From positions 1 to 56,686 of the forward strand of contig DASVDK010000171.1 of NCBI GenBank assembly GCA_036381125.1: DNA of 56,686 bases, in the 5' to 3' direction. This document shows, in pieces, positions 38,425 to 46,735 of this stretch. Position 1 is the stretch's first letter. Every line of letters starts with the position of its first letter. The notes under the pieces are model-generated. The model was not told the origin of the DNA. It made no database searches and worked only from the letters and a program-made list of their open reading frames with translations. This stretch comes from Thermodesulfobacteriota bacterium (GTDB lineage: Bacteria > DASVDK01). Made by a program: the position numbers and the translations under genes.

Positions 38425-39492
38425 TCACGAGCTCCCGGAGGCGTACCGGATCGGCCGGGTGACGGCGCGGGTCGGACCGACCGTCGGCAGGAAGGCCGAG
38501 TGCTTTCCCACGCCGCCGACCACGGCCACCAGCACGTCGTCGGGCTCCTCGACCATCGGGATCATCGCGTGATCGTCCACGGTGTTGAACCACTTCGGCC
38601 AGTTCCGCATGTCCCACATGCCGCCCAGCTTGAGCTTGTGCAGCGGGATCCGGGCGTTCTCGTACACGAAGCGCTTGACGTCCCGCTTGCTCCATCCGTC
38701 GGCGGCGATCGTGGCGGCGTGCTCGGGGCCGAGCAGCAGCAGGACGTCCCCGTGGAGGTAGGCATTGTTCATCGTCATGGCCGCCATGCCGTGACAGAGC
38801 GAGGACATCAGGTTCTGGGCGGTCTTCGACACGTGGTCGTTCAGGTTGTGCGGCGCCTCCACGGCGACGACGGTGACCGTCGACTCGTCCGCCGGGTAGC
38901 CACGCTCGACGTGCAACGGCTCCCACGGGCTTGCCGCCTGGTTCTCGGCGACGCACATCGTGTACTTCCCCGGCCCCGCCTGGGTGGACCTGTCGAATTT
39001 CCCGGGCGTGGCGCCGCCGACGTTGATGAGCGCGAGCCGGATTGCCCGGCCGATCGTGGCGTTCGGCCGGAAGCCGGGCCCGAGGGCGCCATCGGCCGAC
39101 TGGATCCCGAGCCGTCCGGCGATCGGTCCGTTGACGACGATCAGCGGCGCGCACGGGTGCGTGGTCGGCTGGACGCAGTGGAGGTTGAACCGCGGGTCGA
39201 GCACGGCCTCGACGGCGGCCGTGACGACCGGGAAGTACTCGGGCCGGCATCCCGCCATGACGGCGTTGACGGCCAGCTTGCGCGCCGTCACCTCTCCCCA
39301 CCGCGGCTCCATCAGCCCGATCACCTCGTCGGGCGGGTGGGGCGAGAACGCCAGCATCGCCTCCACCCGCTCGGCGGTCGGCGGCACGATGGGGAGGCCG
39401 TCGCTCCAGCCCTGCTCGACGAAGTAGTCCTCGATCGCCTCCAGCGAGTCGGGCAGGGTCACGACGTCCGACACGGTCTCAGGCCGAAGCAT
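38425..39492 (-). CDS. Conserved uncharacterised partner of UGSC-type selenoproteins (355 aa)
   Basis: GWSDGLPIVPPT, AVNAVMAGC and NATIGRA motifs; overlaps the selenoprotein stop by 14 nt. Confidence 0.85.
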   Translation of the reverse strand: MLRPETVSDVVTLPDSLEAIEDYFVEQGWSDGLPIVPPTAERVEAMLAFSPHPPDEVIGLMEPRWGEVTARKLAVNAVMAGCRPEYFPVVTAAVEAVLDPRFNLHCVQPTTHPCAPLIVVNGPIAGRLGIQSADGALGPGFRPNATIGRAIRLALINVGGATPGKFDRSTQAGPGKYTMCVAENQAASPWEPLHVERGYPADESTVTVVAVEAPHNLNDHVSKTAQNLMSSLCHGMAAMTMNNAYLHGDVLLLLGPEHAATIAADGWSKRDVKRFVYENARIPLHKLKLGGMWDMRNWPKWFNTVDDHAMIPMVEEPDDVLVAVVGGVGKHSAFLPTVGPTRAVTRPIRYASGSS

Positions 39493-40060
39493 GTGCCACC
39501 GCCCTCGCCGCCCGCATCGCGGCCATCAGGATCTGCGCGGCATGGCGTCCGCGACCGCGCACGACCTCCTCGGAGACTCCGCCGAATGGGTGCGGCGCCG
39601 AGACGACGGCGATGTCGGGGTAGCCGGCATCGGCGGCGAGGCGGTGCGCCATCCGCTCGAAGGACTCGGAGCACACGAGGATCGGAATGACGCCCCGCTT
39701 GCGGAGCTGAATCCCGTCGTGGACACTCCACGACGTGCAGCCGCCTCAGTCGCCGGTGCCCGTGAAGACCACGCTGCACTTCGCCGCGAGCTCGTCCAGG
39801 TACGCCTCCGGCGCGGGGATCGGCGGCGACTCCTTCGTGCGCACGATCGGCTCGTCGAAGCGGAACTCCCGACCGAGCGTCTCGACGAGCGCCGCGAAGA
39901 GCACGGCCGAGTTCGGCTTGTTGTTGCCCAGGATTCCGATCACCGCGCCGTCCAGCGTCGCGGGCAGGACCGCCTGCGAGGGGACCTCGTCCCGGAAGCG
40001 GGCGACCGGAGTGAGAAGCTCGATCGTGGCCGCGGACTTCTGACTCTTGAGGCTCGACAC
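39479..40060 (-). CDS. UGSC-family (UxxC) selenoprotein, 193 aa with Sec at codon 105
   Basis: ORFs 39746..40060 and 39479..39676 are in one frame separated only by TGA (39748-39746): VFTGTGD-U-GGCTSWSVHDG; SECIS-like hairpin follows. Confidence 0.88.
39715..39735 (-). promoter_or_regulatory. SECIS-like hairpin for the UxxC gene
   Basis: CGTCGTGG-AGTGT-CCACGACG: perfect 8-bp stem at +11..+31 from the UGA. Confidence 0.8.
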
Positions 40061-40073
40061 GCCTACCCTCCCT

Positions 40074-41057
40074 CTACGGATTCTTGAGGCTGCCGGCGAT
40101 CCGACCGAAGTCTTCGTACTCGGCCCGGATCCGCCGCTCGAACTCCTCCGGACCGAGGATCGCGATCTCCTCGCCGGCCTTCCGCATCAGCTCGACGAAC
40201 GACGAGTCGTTCGCCAGTTCCCTCGCGGCATTCGCGAGCCGCTGGACGACCCCTTTCGGCGTCCCCTTCGGCGCGAAGAGGCCGCGCCAGGCCTCCGTTG
40301 CGATCTCCGCGCGGCCGATGGCCTTCAGGCCGGGAAGGCCGGGCAGGACGGCTTGAGGCTCCGCAGACGTCACCAGGATCCCCTTCAGGGTGCCTTCCTT
40401 GACGTGGCTCACCACAGGACCGATGGAGCCGACGTAGACGTCGACGTGTCCGCCGAGCGCCGCCGCGGAGGACTCGGCCGATCCCTTGAACGGGATCATG
40501 CGCAACTCGATGCCCGCCGCCCTGAAGATCCGCTCGCTCGCGAGGTGAGGCAAGCCGCCGACGCCGTCGGTCCCGTAGGTCAGCCGGCGGGGGTGCGCCT
40601 TCGCGTACTCCACGAGGCCTTGCCAGTCGCTCACGTGCAGCTTGGGGCCTGCGGCCATGACGAGCGGCAGCGAGGTGATCTGCACGATCGGGACGAGGTC
40701 GTCGAGGCCGTAGGGCACCTTGTTGAGGTGCGGCGTGATCGTGATGTTCGAGATGAAGGCCGAGTACAGCGTGTAGCCGTCCGGCCGGGCGTGGGCCACC
40801 TCGGCCGCCGCCACGGTCCCGGCGGCGCCCGGCCTGTTCACCACCTGGAGCGGCTGCCCGAGCTGCTCCGACAGCCTGGTGGCGAGGACGCGCGTGAAGG
40901 AGTCCTGGCCTCCTCCGGCCGCGTAGCCGACGACCACGGTGATCGGCTTGTCGGGGTAGCCGGCACCGTCGGCGCCGGCCGCAAGGCCCGATGCCCCGGG
41001 GGCGAGGGCCATGATGAGCCCCAGGGCGATCACGAAACGCTGGCGAGAGCCTGACAC
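40074..41057 (-). CDS. tctC: TctC/Bug substrate-binding protein
   Basis: Signal peptide, YPDKPITVVVGYAAGGGQD, NRPGAAG and PDGYTL. Confidence 0.93.
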   Translation of the reverse strand: MSGSRQRFVIALGLIMALAPGASGLAAGADGAGYPDKPITVVVGYAAGGGQDSFTRVLATRLSEQLGQPLQVVNRPGAAGTVAAAEVAHARPDGYTLYSAFISNITITPHLNKVPYGLDDLVPIVQITSLPLVMAAGPKLHVSDWQGLVEYAKAHPRRLTYGTDGVGGLPHLASERIFRAAGIELRMIPFKGSAESSAAALGGHVDVYVGSIGPVVSHVKEGTLKGILVTSAEPQAVLPGLPGLKAIGRAEIATEAWRGLFAPKGTPKGVVQRLANAARELANDSSFVELMRKAGEEIAILGPEEFERRIRAEYEDFGRIAGSLKNP

Positions 41058-41085
41058 GGTCGATCCTCCCCTCTTGTTCGATGCG

Positions 41086-42615
41086 CTAGGCGCGCTGATC
41101 CGCCGCCGGACGCCGCTCCCGGGAGCGCGCGCCCTGCCAGGCGCCTCGAGCGGCGACGAGCGCGATCCCGGCGGCGAGGGCGAAGAAGGCGAGCGCCAAC
41201 GGGCGCTCGAGGAACCCGGAGAGCCGATTGTCGAACAGCAGCAGCGACTGACCCAGGGCGGTCTCCGTGAGGCCGCCGAGCACGAAGGCGATCAGCAGGG
41301 GGATGGGCGGAAAGCCGAACCTCCGCATGACCATGCCGAGGCCGCCGAAGAAGAGCGCGACGCCGACGGCGACGAGGCTCGTCTCCGCCGTGTAGGCGCC
41401 CACCAGCGTCATGAGGAGCACCGCCGGGTAGAGGAGGTTCGGCGGCACGGCCAGGATCCGGGCAGCCGCCGCGCGGATGCCGATGCCGACGACCGCATGC
41501 ACGGCCGTGCCGATCACGAAGAGGGCGAAGAGCCCGTAGACGACGGGACCGTGATCGGCGAAGACCCGGGGGCCCACCTGGACGCCGTGCAGGAGGAACG
41601 CCGGGATGAAGAGCGCCGCCGTGCCGCTCCCCGGGATGCCGAGCGTGAGGAGCGGGATCAGGGTCGGCCCGACCGTCGCGCTGTCGCCCGCCTCGGCCGC
41701 GGCCAGGCCTTCCATCTCCCCCTTGCCGAACCGCTCGGGGTGCTTCGAGAGGCGCCTGGCAACCCCGTAGGAGACGAAGGCGGCGATGGCGCCGCCGAGC
41801 CCGGGCAAGGCGCCGATCACCGCGCCGACGGCCGAGGACCGCAGCATCGTCGGGAGGCAGCGGCGGTACTCCGCGAGGGTGAAGCGCTGCTTCTCGGGGT
41901 CCCTCAGGAAGGCCCGCATCTGCTCGACGGACACCGACCGGTGCCGCTTCCCGAACTGATCGAGCAGCTCGGGGATGGCGAGCAGACCGATGATCATGGG
42001 CACGAGCGGGATGCCGGACGTGAGCGCCAGGACGCCGATGTCGAACCGGACGGCGCCGTGGACCGGGTCCTGGCCGACCGTGGCCAGCAGGAAGCCGAGC
42101 CCGACTGCGACCGCGCTCCTGGCCGGCGAGGCCTGCCCGACCAGCCCGATGATGGTGAGGGCGCATACGACGAGCGCGAAGTACTCCGGCGGGCCGATCT
42201 TCAGGGCGTACGGCGCCAGGACGGCCGCGCCGAAGATCAGCACGAGGGCCGCGAACAGGTCGGCGGTGACCGAACTCCAGAGCGCGATCCGCAGCGCCTT
42301 GCCCGCCATGCCCTGACGAGCCATCGGGTAGCCGTCGAGGACCGTAGCCGAGGCCTCCGCCGTGCCGGGGGTCGCAAGCAGGATCGCGGTCGTCGAGCCG
42401 CCGAAGCAGCCCCCCTTGTAGATCCCGACCAGCAACGCCAGCGCGCCGACCGGCGAGAGGTACGCGGTGAAGGGCAGCAGGAGCGCAATGGCCTGGATGG
42501 CGGAAAGGCCCGGGATGGCCGCCGCGAGGTCGCCGACGATCGTGCCGACGGCGAGCAGCAGCATCGTGTCCCATCTGACGGCCTGCTCGATGCCCTGGAG
42601 CAACTCACCCGCCAT
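41086..42615 (-). CDS. tctA: Tripartite tricarboxylate transporter large subunit
   Basis: AIPGL, GGSTTAILLATPG, DGYPMA and PLLTLGIPG motifs. Confidence 0.93.
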   Translation of the reverse strand: MAGELLQGIEQAVRWDTMLLLAVGTIVGDLAAAIPGLSAIQAIALLLPFTAYLSPVGALALLVGIYKGGCFGGSTTAILLATPGTAEASATVLDGYPMARQGMAGKALRIALWSSVTADLFAALVLIFGAAVLAPYALKIGPPEYFALVVCALTIIGLVGQASPARSAVAVGLGFLLATVGQDPVHGAVRFDIGVLALTSGIPLVPMIIGLLAIPELLDQFGKRHRSVSVEQMRAFLRDPEKQRFTLAEYRRCLPTMLRSSAVGAVIGALPGLGGAIAAFVSYGVARRLSKHPERFGKGEMEGLAAAEAGDSATVGPTLIPLLTLGIPGSGTAALFIPAFLLHGVQVGPRVFADHGPVVYGLFALFVIGTAVHAVVGIGIRAAAARILAVPPNLLYPAVLLMTLVGAYTAETSLVAVGVALFFGGLGMVMRRFGFPPIPLLIAFVLGGLTETALGQSLLLFDNRLSGFLERPLALAFFALAAGIALVAARGAWQGARSRERRPAADQRA

Positions 42616-42627
42616 GAGGCCTCCCGG

Positions 42628-43110
42628 CTAGCCCCAGGGACCCGAGGGAAGCGGAACGCCCAGCAGCCGCTCGAAGACGTAGAAGAGCGCCGCCGTGTAC
42701 CCGACGGTGAAGCAGACCCGCGTCGCCCAGCCGCGAACGCCCCAGACGACGATGAGGGAGAAGAGAAACAGGGGCGTCGCGGCGAGGAAACCGAGGTGAG
42801 GAAGGAGCGCCGCGTAGAGGACGCTCCCCAGCCAGAGCGCGAGCGGCGGGAGGGCGGCCTCGGGCTCCGCCTCGGATGCGCCCACGCCGGCGCCGGCTTC
42901 CCGACTCCGCGCTCGCCACAGGCCGGCGACGACGATCACCAGCCCTCCACCGGTCATCGCGGCGGCGGCGAGGCCGGGAAAGAGCTTCGGCGACATCCCG
43001 CCGGCCAGCGCGAGCCCCGTCCACTCCTGGCTCCGGATGTAGGCGAGCACCGCCGAGCCGACGAGCGCCACGACGCCGCCGGTGAGGACCTCGCGGGTCA
43101 GGCCGGCCAT
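42628..43110 (-). CDS. tctB: Tripartite tricarboxylate transporter small subunit
   Basis: Four TM segments, SPKLFP, LGFLAAT and FERLLGVPLP. Confidence 0.88.
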   Translation of the reverse strand: MAGLTREVLTGGVVALVGSAVLAYIRSQEWTGLALAGGMSPKLFPGLAAAAMTGGGLVIVVAGLWRARSREAGAGVGASEAEPEAALPPLALWLGSVLYAALLPHLGFLAATPLFLFSLIVVWGVRGWATRVCFTVGYTAALFYVFERLLGVPLPSGPWG

Positions 43111-43194
43111 CGCGACGCGCCCACGGTGAGCCGCCGTTCGCGCGAGGCCGAACCCTGCGGCGCGAGACGCGTCGGCCTTCGCCGGCCCGTCCGG

Positions 43195-43210
43195 GTTCTA
43201 ATAGTGGAAC
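43195..43210. promoter_or_regulatory. Putative IclR operator upstream of tctB
   Basis: Imperfect palindrome GTTCTAATAGTGGAAC in an AT-rich patch. Confidence 0.55.
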
Positions 43211-43585
43211 GATGTTTCATGTTTCCATCCTACTCGCTTCGCGAGGACGACGCAACACGCAACCGTCGTTCGCCGGCAGTCCGACGGGCCAGCGAGAGGG
43301 CTGTCGATGGGATCGATGGAGGTCCCGATGGGGTGCGGCGCGGGAGGGGGCGCCGGCATCGACGCGCTCGAGGCGGCGCTGCCGCTCGAGCAGGCCGCGA
43401 CTGCGCACGAGCGGATCGAGCGGCGTTCACGCGAGCGCGGCGCGAGCGCTCACGAGGAAGAGTCGAGCACCAGGTAGGGCGACCGGGATGCCGTGCCGTT
43501 GCCTCCGTCGGTGCGAAGGCCCATAACCCTTCGCCCGACGCCCGGAGGCCTCCATCTCCTGGCCGCGGGGCGCGGCGGCCCGGGC

Positions 43586-44347
43586 CTACCGTCCGGCGAC
43601 ATAGCCGAGGGCCCGCGAGAAGTCGGCCGCCACGTCGAGGACGTGCTTCTTGAGGTCCACCACTCGCTCGTCGTCCGCGTAGGGCAACGGCACGGCCACG
43701 GCGAGCGCGGCCGACGCCGACGAGGATCGGTCCAGCACCGGGGCGGCAATGCCGAAGACCTCGCGGAGGCGGCCGCCGTAGTTGGTGGCGACGCCGTCCC
43801 GGCGCACCCGCTGGAGCTCGGACCGCAGGGCGGCCGGAGACGTGATCGTCCGCCCGGTGACGGCTGCGAGACCGACCCCGATCACCCGCTCCACGATCGC
43901 GCGATCGGAGAACGCGAGCAGCGCGAGCCCCGACGCGGTCGCATGGGCCGGCAGGCGCGCGCCGACGTGCGAGGTGGCGCTCAGGCGCTTGCGGCTCTCG
44001 ATCACGTCGATGTGGACGACTTCCGTCCGGTCGAGGACGGAGAGGAGCACGGTCTCGCCGGTCAGCTCGTGGAGCCGCTGCACGTATCGCCGGCCGAGGC
44101 TCCGGAGGTTCGCGGTGACGAGCGACCGGCTCCCCACCTCGAAGAGCCGCAGCGAGAGCTGGTATTCGCCGGTGGCCGTGTCCTTCTCGAGGTACCCGAG
44201 CGACTCCAGCGTGAAGAGCAGCCGGTAGACGTTCGTCTTGGGCAGGCCCATGAGCTTCTGCAACGTGGGGATGTTGAGCCTCGGCCGGTCGACCGTGAAC
44301 TGCTCGAGCAGAAGCATGGCCTCGCCGACCGTCTTGAGCGGCTTCAC
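43586..44347 (-). CDS. IclR family transcriptional regulator
   Basis: HTH LGLPKTNVYRLL-type segment (MGLPKTNVYRLLFTL), TGETVLL, GARLPAHATASG and GIAAPV; start uncertain (frame open to 44548). Confidence 0.92.
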   Translation of the reverse strand: MKPLKTVGEAMLLLEQFTVDRPRLNIPTLQKLMGLPKTNVYRLLFTLESLGYLEKDTATGEYQLSLRLFEVGSRSLVTANLRSLGRRYVQRLHELTGETVLLSVLDRTEVVHIDVIESRKRLSATSHVGARLPAHATASGLALLAFSDRAIVERVIGVGLAAVTGRTITSPAALRSELQRVRRDGVATNYGGRLREVFGIAAPVLDRSSSASAALAVAVPLPYADDERVVDLKKHVLDVAADFSRALGYVAGR

Positions 44348-44789
44348 TCCCGGCCGCGTGCCGCGCGACGCGCCCGCGCCGACGAGCCGGTCACCGACCG
44401 TCCCCCGTCGGCGTCGCGACCACCGGATCTGGCCTCTTCGAACCTTGCGACGCACGCGTCCGCCCCCGTGCCGATGGATCTGCGGCCGAGGCGCCCGCCG
44501 CACCGCGGCACGCGCCTCTCGCTTGCAAGCAGATCGGCATCGCCCCATATTACTAGAATCGATATTCTCTCTCGTGCGATCGAACTGTAATGGACTCCGA
44601 GCGCGCGTGTCGATCGGGAATCAAGGCCGGTCGGCCGGCGCGGTCTTCGGCCTGCCGCTGCCGAAGGCCCTGGAACCGGGCCGGCGGCCGGCCGCCGCCG
44701 GGAACCGCTCGCTCGCCGCGGCGCCCGGGGTGGGGTACACTGGGCGCCTCGCGCTCTGCATGCTGACGAACACGCGGAGGAGATGATCG

Positions 44790-45278
44790 ATGCCCATTGC
44801 GGTTGGTGACCGTCTTCCGGACGGGACGCTCATGGAGATGGCCGACGGCCCGAGCACCTTCAACGTCTCGGACCTCGCCCGGGGGAAGCGGATCGTCGTC
44901 TTCGGCGTGCCGGGGGCCTTCACGCCCACCTGATCGCAGAAGCACGCGCCCGGGTACGTGGCGCGCTACGAGGCGCTCAAGGCGAAGAACGTCGACGAGA
45001 TCTGGTGCGTGGCCGTCAACGACGTCTTCGTCATGGGGGCGTGGGGGCGGGACCAGAAGGCCACGGGCAAGGTGCGGATGATGGCCGACGGCAGCGCGAC
45101 CTTCACGAAGGCGCTCGGCCTCGACCAGGACCTCACGGCCCGGGGCATGGGGGTCCGCTCGCAGCGCTACTCGATGCTGGTCGAGGACGGCGTCGTCAAG
45201 GCGCTCAACGTCGAGCAGCCGGGGAAGTTCGAGGTGAGCGACGCGGACACGATGCTGAAGCAGCTCGACGGGCGGTAG
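44790..45278 (+). CDS. Prx5/redoxin-type peroxiredoxin with peroxidatic selenocysteine (162 aa, Sec48)
   Basis: RBS GGAGG, ATG at 44790, [11 protein letters not shown]…PGAFTPT-TGA(44931)-SQKHAPGY…VNDVFVM…RSQRYSM. The UGA occupies the peroxidatic Cys position of PGAFTPTCS. Confidence 0.9.
44945..44965 (+). promoter_or_regulatory. SECIS-like hairpin for the peroxiredoxin
   Basis: CGCGCC-CG-GGTA-CG-T-GGCGCG: 6-bp stem, bulged U, 2 bp, loop GGUA; spans +12..+32 from the UGA. Confidence 0.65.
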
Positions 45279-45338
45279 CGAGCCGGGCGTCGCCCGGCCG
45301 GCGGGGCGGGGCCGGGTCGTCCCCGGCTCCACCCCGCC

Positions 45339-45701
45339 TCAATAGCTCACGCTCGGGCAGGCGTCCCCCATGAACTCGACGAGCTTCGCGCCGCCGACCA
45401 CCACCGCGCCAGGTACGAGCGCGAGCTCGTCGAGCTTTCGCTTCTTGAGGCACGGCGAGCAGACGTAGATCGTCCCGCCGGCGTTGGCGAAGCTCGTCAT
45501 CAGCTCCGTCAGCGGCGCGAAGCCCTCCTCGTGGATGTCGTCGGCGTAGCCGGGCTGCGACAGCCGGACCCCCTCGGTCGAGAGGAAGACGACCGTCTCC
45601 TTGTCGGATGCGAGCGCCGCGTTGGCGATCACGAAGGCGACCGTCGCCCTGTCGGGATCGTCCTTCGCGTGCGTGAGGCTGACCACGAACCTCCCGGACA
45701 T
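45339..45701 (-). CDS. DsrE family protein
   Basis: VVFLSTEGV and IYVCSPCLKKR motifs; alternative start at 45725 coupled to the upstream gene. Confidence 0.85.
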   Translation of the reverse strand: MSGRFVVSLTHAKDDPDRATVAFVIANAALASDKETVVFLSTEGVRLSQPGYADDIHEEGFAPLTELMTSFANAGGTIYVCSPCLKKRKLDELALVPGAVVVGGAKLVEFMGDACPSVSY

Positions 45702-45721
45702 GTGGCGTTGCTCCTCCAGGC

Positions 45722-45955
45722 TCATCCCCTGGCCTTGATCCAGTAGCGGCCGCTCGCCGGGTCCTGGCGCACCAGCTCGTGGCCGGTCATGCGACACCAG
45801 GCGGGCAGGTCGGCCGGCGCGCCGGGATCGCGTGCGACGACCGCGAGCACGCGGCCCGGCATGGCGCGGAGCCGCCGCCGCAGCTCGAGCACGAGCTCGC
45901 CGCACCCCAGGTCCCCGGCATCCCACTCGGCATCGGCACGAACCGGATCGTTCAC
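45722..45955 (-). CDS. TusA/SirA-like sulfur carrier protein
   Basis: WDAGDLGCGELVL…DPGAPADLPAWCRMTGH. Confidence 0.85.
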   Translation of the reverse strand: MNDPVRADAEWDAGDLGCGELVLELRRRLRAMPGRVLAVVARDPGAPADLPAWCRMTGHELVRQDPASGRYWIKARG

Positions 45956-46054
45956 GACGCGGCCACCAGGCGCGCGAGCGCCGCGCGCATGCACACGACG
46001 CTACAGCGGCGAGGCGTGCGCGTCAAACGCGCCGCCGCGGCCGGGCCCGCGACG

Positions 46055-46420
46055 CTACGGCGGCCCGATGGCCGCGTGGATCTCGGCGACGATCTCGTCC
46101 AGCTCGAACGGCTTGGCGATGAAGGCCGCGCACCCGGCCGCGAGCGAGGCCGCGCGCGTCGCCGCGTCGACGCGGGCGGTCACGACGACGACCGGCACCC
46201 GCGGCCGGCGCCCCCGGAGGTCCGAGCAGAGCGTCAGGCCGTCGCCGTCGGGCAGCACGACGTCCAGCACGACGAGCGCCGGTGCGAGGCCGGCGAACGC
46301 GGCCCGAGCGTCGCGCAGCGTCGCAACCACGTGCACCTCGTACCCTTCGGTCCCGATCAGGAGCGACAGAAGGGCCGCCGTGTCGGGATCGTCTTCCACA
46401 ACCAGGACGCGCTGGGGCAT
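46055..46420 (-). CDS. Single-domain response regulator (receiver)
   Basis: VLVVEDD, LDVVLPDGDG and KPF motifs. Confidence 0.9.
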   Translation of the reverse strand: MPQRVLVVEDDPDTAALLSLLIGTEGYEVHVVATLRDARAAFAGLAPALVVLDVVLPDGDGLTLCSDLRGRRPRVPVVVVTARVDAATRAASLAAGCAAFIAKPFELDEIVAEIHAAIGPP

Positions 46421-46735
46421 GGGGCCCTCGCCGTCTGTACGGGCCGCGGCTCCGGGCCGTTCGGGTCAAGCGAATCGGGTCGCCCGAACCGGGCCATGTG
46501 ACCACGCCTATCGTGCAGCGACATATCACCGCACCGACTCTACGCCGGCGGTTCGCGGGAGGTCAACAGATCGTTGAGTCCTCATATCGGCAACCCCCTG
46601 TTCCGGTAATCCGCGAAGCGAATCCCGGGTTCCCTTTCGTGTCCCAGGCCACAGGCCGACCGGCGGCCGGGGCCCGGATCCTCCCCGCGTCCCCCACCTG
46701 CCGGCTCTTCTGATATCCTCCGGACGGGAGGCGAC

